DNA from: a virus
Reading direction: 5' to 3' (one strand)
DNA: 64,000 bases
Virus record (IMG/VR): IMGVR_UViG_3300045988_107537
Coordinates: 1-64,000 of that record
The position numbers and the translations under genes were made by a program. The notes under the pieces are model-generated. The model did not search any database. It saw nothing but the letters and a program-made list of their open reading frames with translations, and was not told where the DNA came from. Shown piece by piece: positions 56,491-64,000 of the stretch (its first letter is position 1; the number at the start of each line of letters is the position of its first letter).

Positions 56491-56793
56491 TTACTCCTTT
56501 GTTCCAGCTACTTCAAACATTCTTTCGATTTGACTTACCCACATATCATTCTCAGAAACATTGCAATCTTCATTATCATGATATCGTTCAGCCAACTCTT
56601 CTGCAAACTCAAGAATCTCATCGTAGGTGTACCCATACTGTTCTTCAATCCAATCAGCATTCAATTCAAGCTGATTCTTTGCATCTGCGATTCGGAACTG
56701 GTTCTCCTGATACCGATGTGCTGCCAGAATCTGCTCGGAAGTCATTTCCCACGATTTCCCGCTCCAATTCGTTACCACAATTTTTTCGCTCAT
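56491..56793 (-). CDS. Hypothetical protein.
   Basis: A 100-aa ORF. Confidence 0.45.
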   Translation of the reverse strand: MSEKIVVTNWSGKSWEMTSEQILAAHRYQENQFRIADAKNQLELNADWIEEQYGYTYDEILEFAEELAERYHDNEDCNVSENDMWVSQIERMFEVAGTKE

Positions 56794-56864
56794 TGTTTTC
56801 TCCTTTTATTTAACGTATCTATGTACTTATTTCATGTCGTTTTCACGATAAAAGAACTGTTTTA

Positions 56865-57236
56865 TCAAACTTCAATAATCTGCCACCAATCATATCTATC
56901 TTCCGAATCAATACGAACCTCATTCTTGAGATGTATCATATGAGGTTCCCAATTATCGTCTTCATGACCTTTGTAGTAATGATTTGATAGAGCATCATCT
57001 ACCTGTCCTTCCATCTCGTCTTTTGCATCTTCAAAAGTGTCAAACGATTCTTTATAAACAATTTCAGGTAAGAACGATTCTTCACCTTTAGCAATATAAA
57101 TATTGATAAGCAAAAACACTTTATTTCTTCCTCTTAAAACTGATACTTCCAAAAGATTCGTGCGTTGCCGGTAATATCTTGCAAGCAAGAAATGTACTCC
57201 CGGAACGAAATCAGCCCTTGTATCTTCATAACCCAT
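56865..57236 (-). CDS. Hypothetical protein.
   Basis: A 123-aa ORF. Confidence 0.45.
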   Translation of the reverse strand: MGYEDTRADFVPGVHFLLARYYRQRTNLLEVSVLRGRNKVFLLINIYIAKGEESFLPEIVYKESFDTFEDAKDEMEGQVDDALSNHYYKGHEDDNWEPHMIHLKNEVRIDSEDRYDWWQIIEV

Positions 57237-57342
57237 GCTCGCTTTGCACGAACTGCAATCGCTGGATCGTACTTCACAGCATCGTTAAATGCGCTGTCGA
57301 TCATTTTGCGTTCAAAGTAACGAATCTCATTGATGTTCATAA

Positions 57343-57546
57343 TCATTTCTCCTCTGTCTCCCTCAGTTTCTTTTCAAAATCTTCGAGTTCTTCATAATCT
57401 TCATCTGTGAGATAATCGTCGATTTCAATATCCAAAAGGATATAACACTGCGCCTGTAAAGCAACATACGCATCATCTGCACTCATTCCGTTTTCAATAA
57501 GAACCTGTGCTGCTTCCATGAGTTTATCATTTATAGTTCGTTCCAT
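57343..57546 (-). CDS. Hypothetical acidic protein.
   Basis: A 67-aa ORF. Confidence 0.4.
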   Translation of the reverse strand: MERTINDKLMEAAQVLIENGMSADDAYVALQAQCYILLDIEIDDYLTDEDYEELEDFEKKLRETEEK

Positions 57547-57567
57547 TTTTCTAAAACCTCGATTCTA

Positions 57568-57903
57568 TTAAAGATCAATATTCAGGCGCATAAACACTTC
57601 TCTAATTGCAATTTCCAGTCCATCAATAGAGTTTACATCAGAACCCCAGATTCCTTCGCCAATCTTTTCATCAGTATCTTTATCAACTGCTTCGCAAACA
57701 TACCAATAACCATCGTCGTTGCCATCATATTCAAAATGAATATCAATGTCGATTTCAGGATGGTTGTCAATATTATATGTTTTCCAAACCTCGCCGTGGA
57801 AATCACTCGGTTTAAGTTTATAACAAACACCGTCCCAGCCTGATGGGTTCATTGTACTAACGAAATCCTTTGCAATTTCACGTGCAGTCATATTCATTTT
57901 CAC
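57568..57903 (-). CDS. Hypothetical protein.
   Basis: A 111-aa ORF. Confidence 0.45.
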   Translation of the reverse strand: MKMNMTAREIAKDFVSTMNPSGWDGVCYKLKPSDFHGEVWKTYNIDNHPEIDIDIHFEYDGNDDGYWYVCEAVDKDTDEKIGEGIWGSDVNSIDGLEIAIREVFMRLNIDL

Positions 57904-58160
57904 CCCCTCAACTCTCCATTCTCATAATCAAAAACATAGCAACAATTCTCATAATCTTTCTTGTACAGGTCAGTCCGAATCTTATCATTTTCTGCGTCCT
58001 GTTCAACAATTGTAATCAAATCGTCCCATGAAAATGTTTCCCCGTCTTTAGAGTAAAAAATTCCCATCCCTGGAAAGCTTTCTTTATCTGCCGATTCCGT
58101 AGCAATCAGCCAGCCATCATGAATTTTGACTTTGAAATCATGTTCATCAACATTATACAT
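57900..58160 (-). CDS. Hypothetical protein.
   Basis: An 86-aa ORF. Confidence 0.45.
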   Translation of the reverse strand: MYNVDEHDFKVKIHDGWLIATESADKESFPGMGIFYSKDGETFSWDDLITIVEQDAENDKIRTDLYKKDYENCCYVFDYENGELRG

Positions 58161-58173
58161 ATATCTTTCTCCT

Positions 58174-58368
58174 TTATATTATTATCTTATCTTCACCAAG
58201 CGTTTCAGTTTCATATGTTGTATAGACAAGTTCTGTCGGCTTACTGTAACACGTTTTCATCCAGTCAAGCTCCGCATCACGCAGCTCTTTTGTGGGATAG
58301 ATTTCATGCCCTCTATATGTATCGCCGTACATAAAGTGCCTGACAGAGTATTCAAGATGGTAATACAT
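58174..58368 (-). CDS. Hypothetical protein.
   Basis: A 64-aa ORF. Confidence 0.4.
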   Translation of the reverse strand: MYYHLEYSVRHFMYGDTYRGHEIYPTKELRDAELDWMKTCYSKPTELVYTTYETETLGEDKIII

Positions 58369-58553
58369 TATCGTTTTTCCAACTCCTCACACACTTTTAC
58401 AATGATAGCCAAACCTGTACGCCGAAAATCTGCATTGTAAGGATTTTGTGCTTGAACATCTAAATGGTATAGCAATTTTTCCAAATCAGAACTATATTCA
58501 ACGCCTGCTGTTTTACAAAGGACCTCAGCCATCGCTTGAGTGTCATATTTCAT
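58368..58553 (-). CDS. Hypothetical protein.
   Basis: A 61-aa ORF. Confidence 0.4.
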   Translation of the reverse strand: MKYDTQAMAEVLCKTAGVEYSSDLEKLLYHLDVQAQNPYNADFRRTGLAIIVKVCEELEKR

Positions 58554-58568
58554 AATAAAACTCTCCTT

Positions 58569-58919
58569 TTACATTAACTTACCAGAAACATCAAATGCTT
58601 TCCATTTGAAACTGAATTTATCTGTCCAAACTTGTGCCTCAAATTCATTGTCATCATAATCAGTTTGGACGTCAGGAAAATCAGAATACATTGCATAACA
58701 TTCTTCCGAATCGTCCATAATGTATTTTATTGCTTCCGTTTTGGTTTTGAAAAATTCAGGCTCAAAAATCTCACCTTCGGAACCACATTCAATAACACAC
58801 CACATATCATTTTCCCTTTCAAAACGTTGGATCATCTGTCGTGAACATATATTGTTTATTTGTCTTATGGCACTCATTCCACATATCCGCAACCTCTTTT
58901 GCCCTCTTTTTGCTCTCAC
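58569..58919 (-). CDS. Hypothetical protein.
   Basis: A 116-aa ORF. Confidence 0.45.
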   Translation of the reverse strand: MRAKRGQKRLRICGMSAIRQINNICSRQMIQRFERENDMWCVIECGSEGEIFEPEFFKTKTEAIKYIMDDSEECYAMYSDFPDVQTDYDDNEFEAQVWTDKFSFKWKAFDVSGKLM

Positions 58920-59049
58920 AGAGATTTGCAGCCTTAATACCCTTAATGGCTAATTTGCTTAATAGATTATCCATTACGGAAATCCTTATTGGATAAGCAT
59001 AATATTTTCCGTCTATTTCAACATCGCAGACTGCCCACATATTTTTCAT
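58819..59049 (-). CDS. Hypothetical protein.
   Basis: A 76-aa ORF that overlaps the downstream gene by 100 nt, so its start is uncertain. Confidence 0.35.
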   Translation of the reverse strand: MKNMWAVCDVEIDGKYYAYPIRISVMDNLLSKLAIKGIKAANLCESKKRAKEVADMWNECHKTNKQYMFTTDDPTF

Positions 59050-59276
59050 TTTTTGTTCTCCTTTTCTGTAATAAGCGCAGTCCAGGGATTATAAGTGTAT
59101 AATACCTCACCTTTATACCAATGAATCTGCCAACTGCCAGCGCCCCAGATGGTCATATAAATCTCATTGTATGGAACATTATCAGGAATAATCTTCCGCT
59201 GTCGCATAGACTTGATTAAATCACTCTGAGGATTAAATTCGAGGTATTCCCCTTCGAGATAAACAGAACGTTTCAT
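59046..59276 (-). CDS. Hypothetical protein.
   Basis: A 76-aa ORF. Confidence 0.4.
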   Translation of the reverse strand: MKRSVYLEGEYLEFNPQSDLIKSMRQRKIIPDNVPYNEIYMTIWGAGSWQIHWYKGEVLYTYNPWTALITEKENKK

Positions 59277-59301
59277 AATACTTCCTCCTAAAATTCAACT
59301 T

Positions 59302-59550
59302 TTACAAAACTCCGCCATAATAGCCGTTTCGTCTTGCTCTTTCGTATGCAGCTTTCCGAGTTGGAGAAGCAGATGCAACATATTTAATACCACAATCGGT
59401 AAGACCAGCGAACCAGTTACCACCATCCGATGGACAATCACGACCGATAGAATACACCTGACCATTATTAGGATTTGCTGCAAAAGCATACCATTTTCCA
59501 TCAATCTCTCTAATATATGTCATAATACACTCTTCTTTTAGAATTCCCAT
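59302..59550 (-). CDS. Hypothetical protein.
   Basis: An 82-aa ORF. Confidence 0.45.
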   Translation of the reverse strand: MGILKEECIMTYIREIDGKWYAFAANPNNGQVYSIGRDCPSDGGNWFAGLTDCGIKYVASASPTRKAAYERARRNGYYGGVL

Positions 59551-60443
59551 TTTACGACCACAGTTTTCTTTGCCGTTCCGGTTGTATAGTTTTCATTCTT
59601 AATAGCTTCTTCGATACCGTTTCCGACATTGTAAGTCATCCCATTTTCAATGATATTGTCACCGATAAATCCGCCACAGGTGTCGATTTCGATCCAATCA
59701 TCAAATTCGTCACCGTCGTCGCCGTTCTGTTCGTATAGCGTATAACAATAAACTTCACCCTGAAGCCAATTGTTATATTCTTTTACTTCCTGCTGCATCA
59801 CTTGTGTTGCTTTCATTTCATCAACAGAAGTATGGTTCTGGCACATTGAAGTCACAATCCAACCGACCATACTAGAGTCAAAACGATCATTAAAAGGATA
59901 TGTTCTTTCGCCGCAACTCATTGAAATACCGCTATGATCATAAACATAAAGCGGAACCCACATCATTTTACCGTCCAACAGAACCATACAATCTTCCGGT
60001 TCCAGCCAATACTTTACTTCAGATACAACTTCATCTTCAGCAAGACTGTCAACAAAACAATCTCCGTTATCCATGTCACAAAGAGCATAGAAATACTCGT
60101 CGTTTTCCTTGTCCTGATAATAGTCAACATAGATATTTACAAGTTTCCGTTCCTGGAGCGCATCGAAAATTTCCTCATCACTGCAATGACTATACGCATT
60201 GGCGATCCAAAAATCTTTTGCACTATCATAGTCGATTCTGTCGCCAAGATACTTGTATTTACCAAAACATGCCATAACCGAATCATGGTCATAATCTCTT
60301 GGGTCGATGTCATTTGAATCGTCCTGCTGAATATGTACACAATAATTCTTGCCATCGTAAGTCCATTTTATGATCTCATTATCATAGCAATACAGGTTTT
60401 TCATATCTAAAATCTCCCTTTTATCAATCTTTTTAATGCACAA
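59538..60443 (-). CDS. Hypothetical acidic protein.
   Basis: A 301-aa protein rich in D/E and Y/W. Confidence 0.55.
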   Translation of the reverse strand: MCIKKIDKREILDMKNLYCYDNEIIKWTYDGKNYCVHIQQDDSNDIDPRDYDHDSVMACFGKYKYLGDRIDYDSAKDFWIANAYSHCSDEEIFDALQERKLVNIYVDYYQDKENDEYFYALCDMDNGDCFVDSLAEDEVVSEVKYWLEPEDCMVLLDGKMMWVPLYVYDHSGISMSCGERTYPFNDRFDSSMVGWIVTSMCQNHTSVDEMKATQVMQQEVKEYNNWLQGEVYCYTLYEQNGDDGDEFDDWIEIDTCGGFIGDNIIENGMTYNVGNGIEEAIKNENYTTGTAKKTVVVKWEF

Positions 60444-60654
60444 AAATTGTAATCATACCTTCGCAATCTGCCGTAAAGAACGACACTTCGTACCGACTGG
60501 CTTCTGAAATTGAAATCTGGTCACGTTTACAATAATCTTTGATTTTTTGCTCCTTGTAGTCATCCCAAAGAGCTACGCTTGTGCCATCAGTGACCAAAGA
60601 AAGAAATGTAAGTAAATTCATATCAATCTCCCTTTTCACCCCCAGTATTTGCAT
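60433..60654 (-). CDS. Hypothetical protein.
   Basis: A 73-aa ORF. Confidence 0.4.
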   Translation of the reverse strand: MQILGVKREIDMNLLTFLSLVTDGTSVALWDDYKEQKIKDYCKRDQISISEASRYEVSFFTADCEGMITIFVH

Positions 60655-60884
60655 TCGTACTCTTCAATAAATTTCTCTGGCGTTGTCTTGAAGATGACCT
60701 TTATTATCCATTTGAGGTCTTTCAAATTGCAACGGTTTGAACTTTCACCAAAATGTCTCCAATGGATAAGGTTGCCATCCTTATACATAACAAACCAGAA
60801 ATATGGTTCGATTCGACCTTCGCAAGTTTTTCCATAAACCTTACCGGTTCTCAGTTCTTTCATAATCGTATGTAAGGCGTCCAT
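60636..60884 (-). CDS. Hypothetical protein.
   Basis: An 82-aa ORF. Confidence 0.45.
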   Translation of the reverse strand: MDALHTIMKELRTGKVYGKTCEGRIEPYFWFVMYKDGNLIHWRHFGESSNRCNLKDLKWIIKVIFKTTPEKFIEEYECKYWG

Positions 60885-61053
60885 ATTCTCACCTCAAATA
60901 TCCATAAACACATTCATTGCGACTGCCGTAGGCAAGTCGTACAACTCATTCTGTGCCCACACTCTAGCTTCCTGATACGAATTAAATTCCTTATGCATTT
61001 TCTTAAACGGAATCAACTCATCGAGAATATCATTGCGGTAAAATACAATTTCG
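60884..61053 (-). CDS. Small hypothetical protein (56 aa), not in the ORF track.
   Basis: MQQYEIVFYRNDILDEL... with a TAAAGGAG RBS. Confidence 0.4.
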
Positions 61054-61077
61054 TATTGCTGCATAACTCATTCTCCT

Positions 61078-61326
61078 TTACTCAGCCATAATCATGGCGA
61101 GAACCGGCTCACCAGAATCCTTTAACTGAAGTTCCAGAATATTACTATCATCCACAATCTCACACTTGTTCAAATAATCCTGAAGGAAGAACAGCTGACA
61201 TTCCTGCCAAAAGATTTCTTTCGGATCTTCATTCTCTCCTACGAACACATTCTTGTGATGGAAAGATTCATTCCAAACCCAGCCATCACCATCGTGCAGT
61301 GCATGAACTTCTCTTAAATCCCACAT
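61078..61326 (-). CDS. Hypothetical protein of the MWDL family (paralog 1).
   Basis: Begins MWDLREV. Confidence 0.45.
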   Translation of the reverse strand: MWDLREVHALHDGDGWVWNESFHHKNVFVGENEDPKEIFWQECQLFFLQDYLNKCEIVDDSNILELQLKDSGEPVLAMIMAE

Positions 61327-61328
61327 AA

Positions 61329-61580
61329 TCAGTCCTCCCCAAAGATATGACGCTTGTTAAGGTCATCACGGATAATATCCTCAATTTTATTTTTGGTACT
61401 ATCATCAAGTTTTCCGTAAGGAGCATTGTCAAGATAATAGAAGTAAATTTCATCTCCAAGATCCTTGTACATGACACTCACATAAAACCCAGCTGAAATT
61501 CCATTCAGTAAAGCATATCCAATACCGTATACTTCTGAATAATTGTTGCCCATTAAATCCCACATAGTTAATCCCTCCAA
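61329..61580 (-). CDS. Hypothetical protein of the MWDL family (paralog 2).
   Basis: MWDLMGNNYSEVYGIGYA. Confidence 0.45.
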   Translation of the reverse strand: MEGLTMWDLMGNNYSEVYGIGYALLNGISAGFYVSVMYKDLGDEIYFYYLDNAPYGKLDDSTKNKIEDIIRDDLNKRHIFGED

Positions 61581-61831
61581 AAGTTGAGTTTCTTTTTGAT
61601 TGTCATCTCAATTTCGTCTTTATCACCGTCAGATAGAATCTTATTATCGTACTCGGAATAGCAAAACATAATGCTACGGCCATTATATTTATACATAACC
61701 ATTGCTGTTTTTAATTGTTTGTCACGAAAAAAGGTTGCGCACCCAATCCCATATTTTTTAGAATATTCATTTTCAACTAAATCCCACATTTTATATTCTC
61801 CTAATTTATACTTCAGCAGAAATTTTACCAA
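61568..61831 (-). CDS. Hypothetical protein of the MWDL family (paralog 3).
   Basis: MWDLVENEYSKKYGIGCA. Confidence 0.45.
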   Translation of the reverse strand: MVKFLLKYKLGEYKMWDLVENEYSKKYGIGCATFFRDKQLKTAMVMYKYNGRSIMFCYSEYDNKILSDGDKDEIEMTIKKKLNFWRD

Positions 61832-62045
61832 TCAATTCCATATACTTCTTAAAGGTTTTGCACTTTACCTCAGTTCCAAAAATAGACGCATATAAAATCG
61901 GTGCGTCATCTTCACAACAATATTCACAGTTATTTAACCAATCGGACAACATCGTTGGGATGTCCATAGAAATAATACGGTGTTTCCCGTAGTTATCTTT
62001 ATAAATGACCACACAATCTCTTAAAATCATATTGTAATCAGACAT
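61806..62045 (-). CDS. Hypothetical protein.
   Basis: A 79-aa ORF. Confidence 0.4.
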   Translation of the reverse strand: MSDYNMILRDCVVIYKDNYGKHRIISMDIPTMLSDWLNNCEYCCEDDAPILYASIFGTEVKCKTFKKYMELIGKISAEV

Positions 62046-62057
62046 TTTATACCATCC

Positions 62058-62288
62058 TTAACCGATTCCTTTATATCCAAGACAAGCCATACCTTTGTGT
62101 TTTCTGCGGCGCATATCATGATAGATTGCTACCGTATTCTTACACATATGGTTCCTAAAATATGTATCTTTATATTCACATAGTTTCTTATATTCGTCAC
62201 TTTCGTGATAAGCTTTCAGCTTTTCACAATGGTCATGACAACCAGAATAACGCTCTGGTGCCACACAGTAATGGCAAGGATCAGTCAT
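62058..62288 (-). CDS. Hypothetical Cys/His-rich protein.
   Basis: CHYC...CHDHC...C. Confidence 0.4.
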   Translation of the reverse strand: MTDPCHYCVAPERYSGCHDHCEKLKAYHESDEYKKLCEYKDTYFRNHMCKNTVAIYHDMRRRKHKGMACLGYKGIG

Positions 62289-62554
62289 ATTGCAAACTCC
62301 TTTTCTCTTGTAAACTTAATCACCAACGCATTCACGTTGGCCGCTTCCATCGTTGACTGCTTTGCATCCTCGTGATTGCCAGCTCTAAGGAATGAAACAC
62401 TCTGATCCATCAGCTTACGCCGATAGAAAGAAAGAGCTGCGAGAACGATATTCTTTTCAGTGTTGGTCATGTTCTTTTTCCTCCTGCTCACGTTCCTTGT
62501 GAAATTTTCGCACTTCTTCCCAAAAATCAAACGGATCAGAATTGTGATAAACAA
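62285..62554 (-). CDS. Hypothetical protein.
   Basis: An 89-aa ORF. Confidence 0.4.
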   Translation of the reverse strand: MFITILIRLIFGKKCENFTRNVSRRKKNMTNTEKNIVLAALSFYRRKLMDQSVSFLRAGNHEDAKQSTMEAANVNALVIKFTREKEFAI

Positions 62555-62613
62555 GCTCCATGTATTCTTTTCTACTGTTAAAATGGTTTATGTTAGTATC
62601 CATTTTTATCACC

Positions 62614-62940
62614 TCAATCTTCATCGCTCAGGTTCTGACAAAAACTCAAATAGAAATCAATATCGAAACATTCTACATCACCATCAGAAAACAACCCGTA
62701 GGTCACATCTGCAACTGCATTGTGCTTATAAAGAGCATCAATAATTTCATCACGGTATGCTGTGATCCAGTTTTTTGTTACATTGAATTTTCTAGTGATT
62801 TCATAAACATGAATAATCCAATTACCTTCTGTGGTGCTTCTTGTTCCACTTTTGACCATCCAATCGGAAATACTGTTAATCATCCAATCGTTAACCTGTT
62901 TTACAGTTTCGCTAGTATACATTTTTATCACCTCAATCAA
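62614..62940 (-). CDS. Hypothetical protein.
   Basis: A 108-aa ORF. Confidence 0.45.
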   Translation of the reverse strand: MIEVIKMYTSETVKQVNDWMINSISDWMVKSGTRSTTEGNWIIHVYEITRKFNVTKNWITAYRDEIIDALYKHNAVADVTYGLFSDGDVECFDIDFYLSFCQNLSDED

Positions 62941-63200
62941 AACTGAACCACTTCATGTTTGGCTTTCTCCAGCATCTCTTTCTCTTGTTCTTCAAGACGT
63001 TCAACTTCACACAAAACATTACGAATACCAATGATAATAAAATCTCTATCACGCTCACGTTCTGCTCTATGTGCGGGATTGTTTTTGCAAAACCCTTCGC
63101 ACAAGTTATTTTCTCTTGCAATCAAATTATCAATCGCATACTTCAAAACACGCTTATCTTTTTCAGTCATTTTTATCACTCCTGCTCCATCGTTACGCAA
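62937..63200 (-). CDS. Hypothetical protein.
   Basis: An 87-aa ORF. Confidence 0.45.
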   Translation of the reverse strand: MRNDGAGVIKMTEKDKRVLKYAIDNLIARENNLCEGFCKNNPAHRAERERDRDFIIIGIRNVLCEVERLEEQEKEMLEKAKHEVVQF

Positions 63201-63403
63201 ATCAAAGGATCATCTGGATATGCTTCTTCGTCAGAAAAACATACACCTTTTGACACTCCCCTGACCTGAAGTTCTTTCCAGTCTCCGAATTCAGTATTGG
63301 TATACATTCCAAAAATCAATTCGGTATTTTCGTCATAGCCAAACTCCTTCAACTTTTTAATAAATTCAGAAACAGTCATAAACAAAATCCTACACAGTGC
63401 CAT
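63176..63403 (-). CDS. Hypothetical protein.
   Basis: A 75-aa ORF. Confidence 0.4.
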   Translation of the reverse strand: MALCRILFMTVSEFIKKLKEFGYDENTELIFGMYTNTEFGDWKELQVRGVSKGVCFSDEEAYPDDPLICVTMEQE

Positions 63404-63623
63404 CAGGAAGCCAGTGAGTCCGCCAGTAATCCAAGCGTTCGAAAAGTTCTTCCTCCTCTAACAGATCATAATATCGGTCCAAATAATCCTGTTCGTAATC
63501 TCTGATTTCTTCTTCGAGTTTTTGCTTTTCTTCTTCGAGTCTTTGTTTTTCTTCAAAGAAAGCATCTATTCCTTCTTTGATAGGATTATCTCTTAATGGT
63601 TTCATTAGAATCTCCTTAATCAT
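63390..63623 (-). CDS. Hypothetical acidic coiled-coil protein.
   Basis: A 77-aa ORF. Confidence 0.4.
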   Translation of the reverse strand: MIKEILMKPLRDNPIKEGIDAFFEEKQRLEEEKQKLEEEIRDYEQDYLDRYYDLLEEEELFERLDYWRTHWLPDGTV

Positions 63624-63638
63624 TGTAAAATATCTGTT

Positions 63639-63944
63639 TTAGCAGTTTTTGAAATCCAAATCTCTTACAAAATTTACAATAGGGTCTCTGAAAACAACGC
63701 TCTTAATACAAAGAGACTCTAAATCATACTGACCTTTACAATTTCCATAAAAGATAAGTTCATGGCCGATTTCATCAAACCATTTTTGAGCCTTATCGAT
63801 AGAATAGAAGTGCCGCGCACCATTAACGGATTCAGTAAAAAATGTATACCCACACTCACCAAATTGAACATACTCCCAACGATTAAGAGTGTTTCCTTTG
63901 TAGTCGAATAAATGCTTTACGGCAATAACGTATACGGTTTTCAT
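63639..63944 (-). CDS. Hypothetical protein.
   Basis: A 101-aa ORF. Confidence 0.45.
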   Translation of the reverse strand: MKTVYVIAVKHLFDYKGNTLNRWEYVQFGECGYTFFTESVNGARHFYSIDKAQKWFDEIGHELIFYGNCKGQYDLESLCIKSVVFRDPIVNFVRDLDFKNC

Positions 63945-64000
63945 AATATTTTTCTCCTTTATAAAAGCATGATTTTAATTATATTAGTTAACCAATTTGA

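Larger units (their letters stand above)
1..64000 (-). mobile_element. Temperate phage or prophage genome segment (integration, nucleotide-metabolism, replication, tRNA/RNA-repair and early-gene modules). No structural genes fall in this window.
   Basis: The window contains int and xis at the left end, plus a Bro-N antirepressor, DnaB, primase, Pol III alpha, NrdDG and ThyX. Almost all ORFs are co-directional on the minus strand, and many tiny early ORFs are present. Confidence 0.75.

Overview
The window is almost certainly one contiguous segment of a large temperate phage or prophage from a low-GC, probably anaerobic Firmicutes-type host. Essentially all credible genes lie on the minus strand, so transcription runs from coordinate 64000 down to 1. 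In that transcription direction the window reads as follows. An early region of many small acidic and zinc-ribbon ORFs (about 56-64 kb). A Bro-N antirepressor, a tyrosine recombinase and a DnaD-like replication protein carrying internal iteron-like repeats (52-56 kb). A block of accessory genes including a dual-specificity phosphatase, a SleB-like cell-wall hydrolase and a solitary MazF/PemK-like toxin (46-51 kb). A large uncharacterised 690-aa protein and a Pnkp-like polynucleotide kinase / metallophosphatase / RNA-ligase fusion lying immediately upstream of a cluster of seven tRNAs plus one degenerate tRNA-like element (39.7-45.6 kb). Two DNA methyltransferases, one N6-adenine and one small C5-cytosine-like. 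A replication and recombination module made up of an SSB-like protein, an AAA/Sak4-like ATPase, DnaB, primase, a RecJ-like DHH exonuclease, a metallophosphoesterase, a Pol III alpha (DnaE-type), a RecD-like helicase and an ATP-dependent DNA ligase (20-37 kb). A nucleotide-metabolism module of ThyX, a DUF3310 protein, a flotillin/SPFH protein, anaerobic RNR NrdD with its activase NrdG, dUTPase and, unusually, FolD (1.6-17.8 kb). The left end carries a Tn916/phage-type integrase, an excisionase and arm-type repeats at coordinates 1-200. A roughly 20-bp motif, TATCCTGTATTATATAGCTA, recurs at least eight times in intergenic gaps in both orientations and looks like a phage-specific promoter or regulatory element. 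There is no CRISPR array and no rRNA. Functional calls rest on sequence motifs I can read directly, such as Walker A boxes, the ThyX RHRxxS motif and the radical-SAM CxxxCxxC motif. No database search was run.
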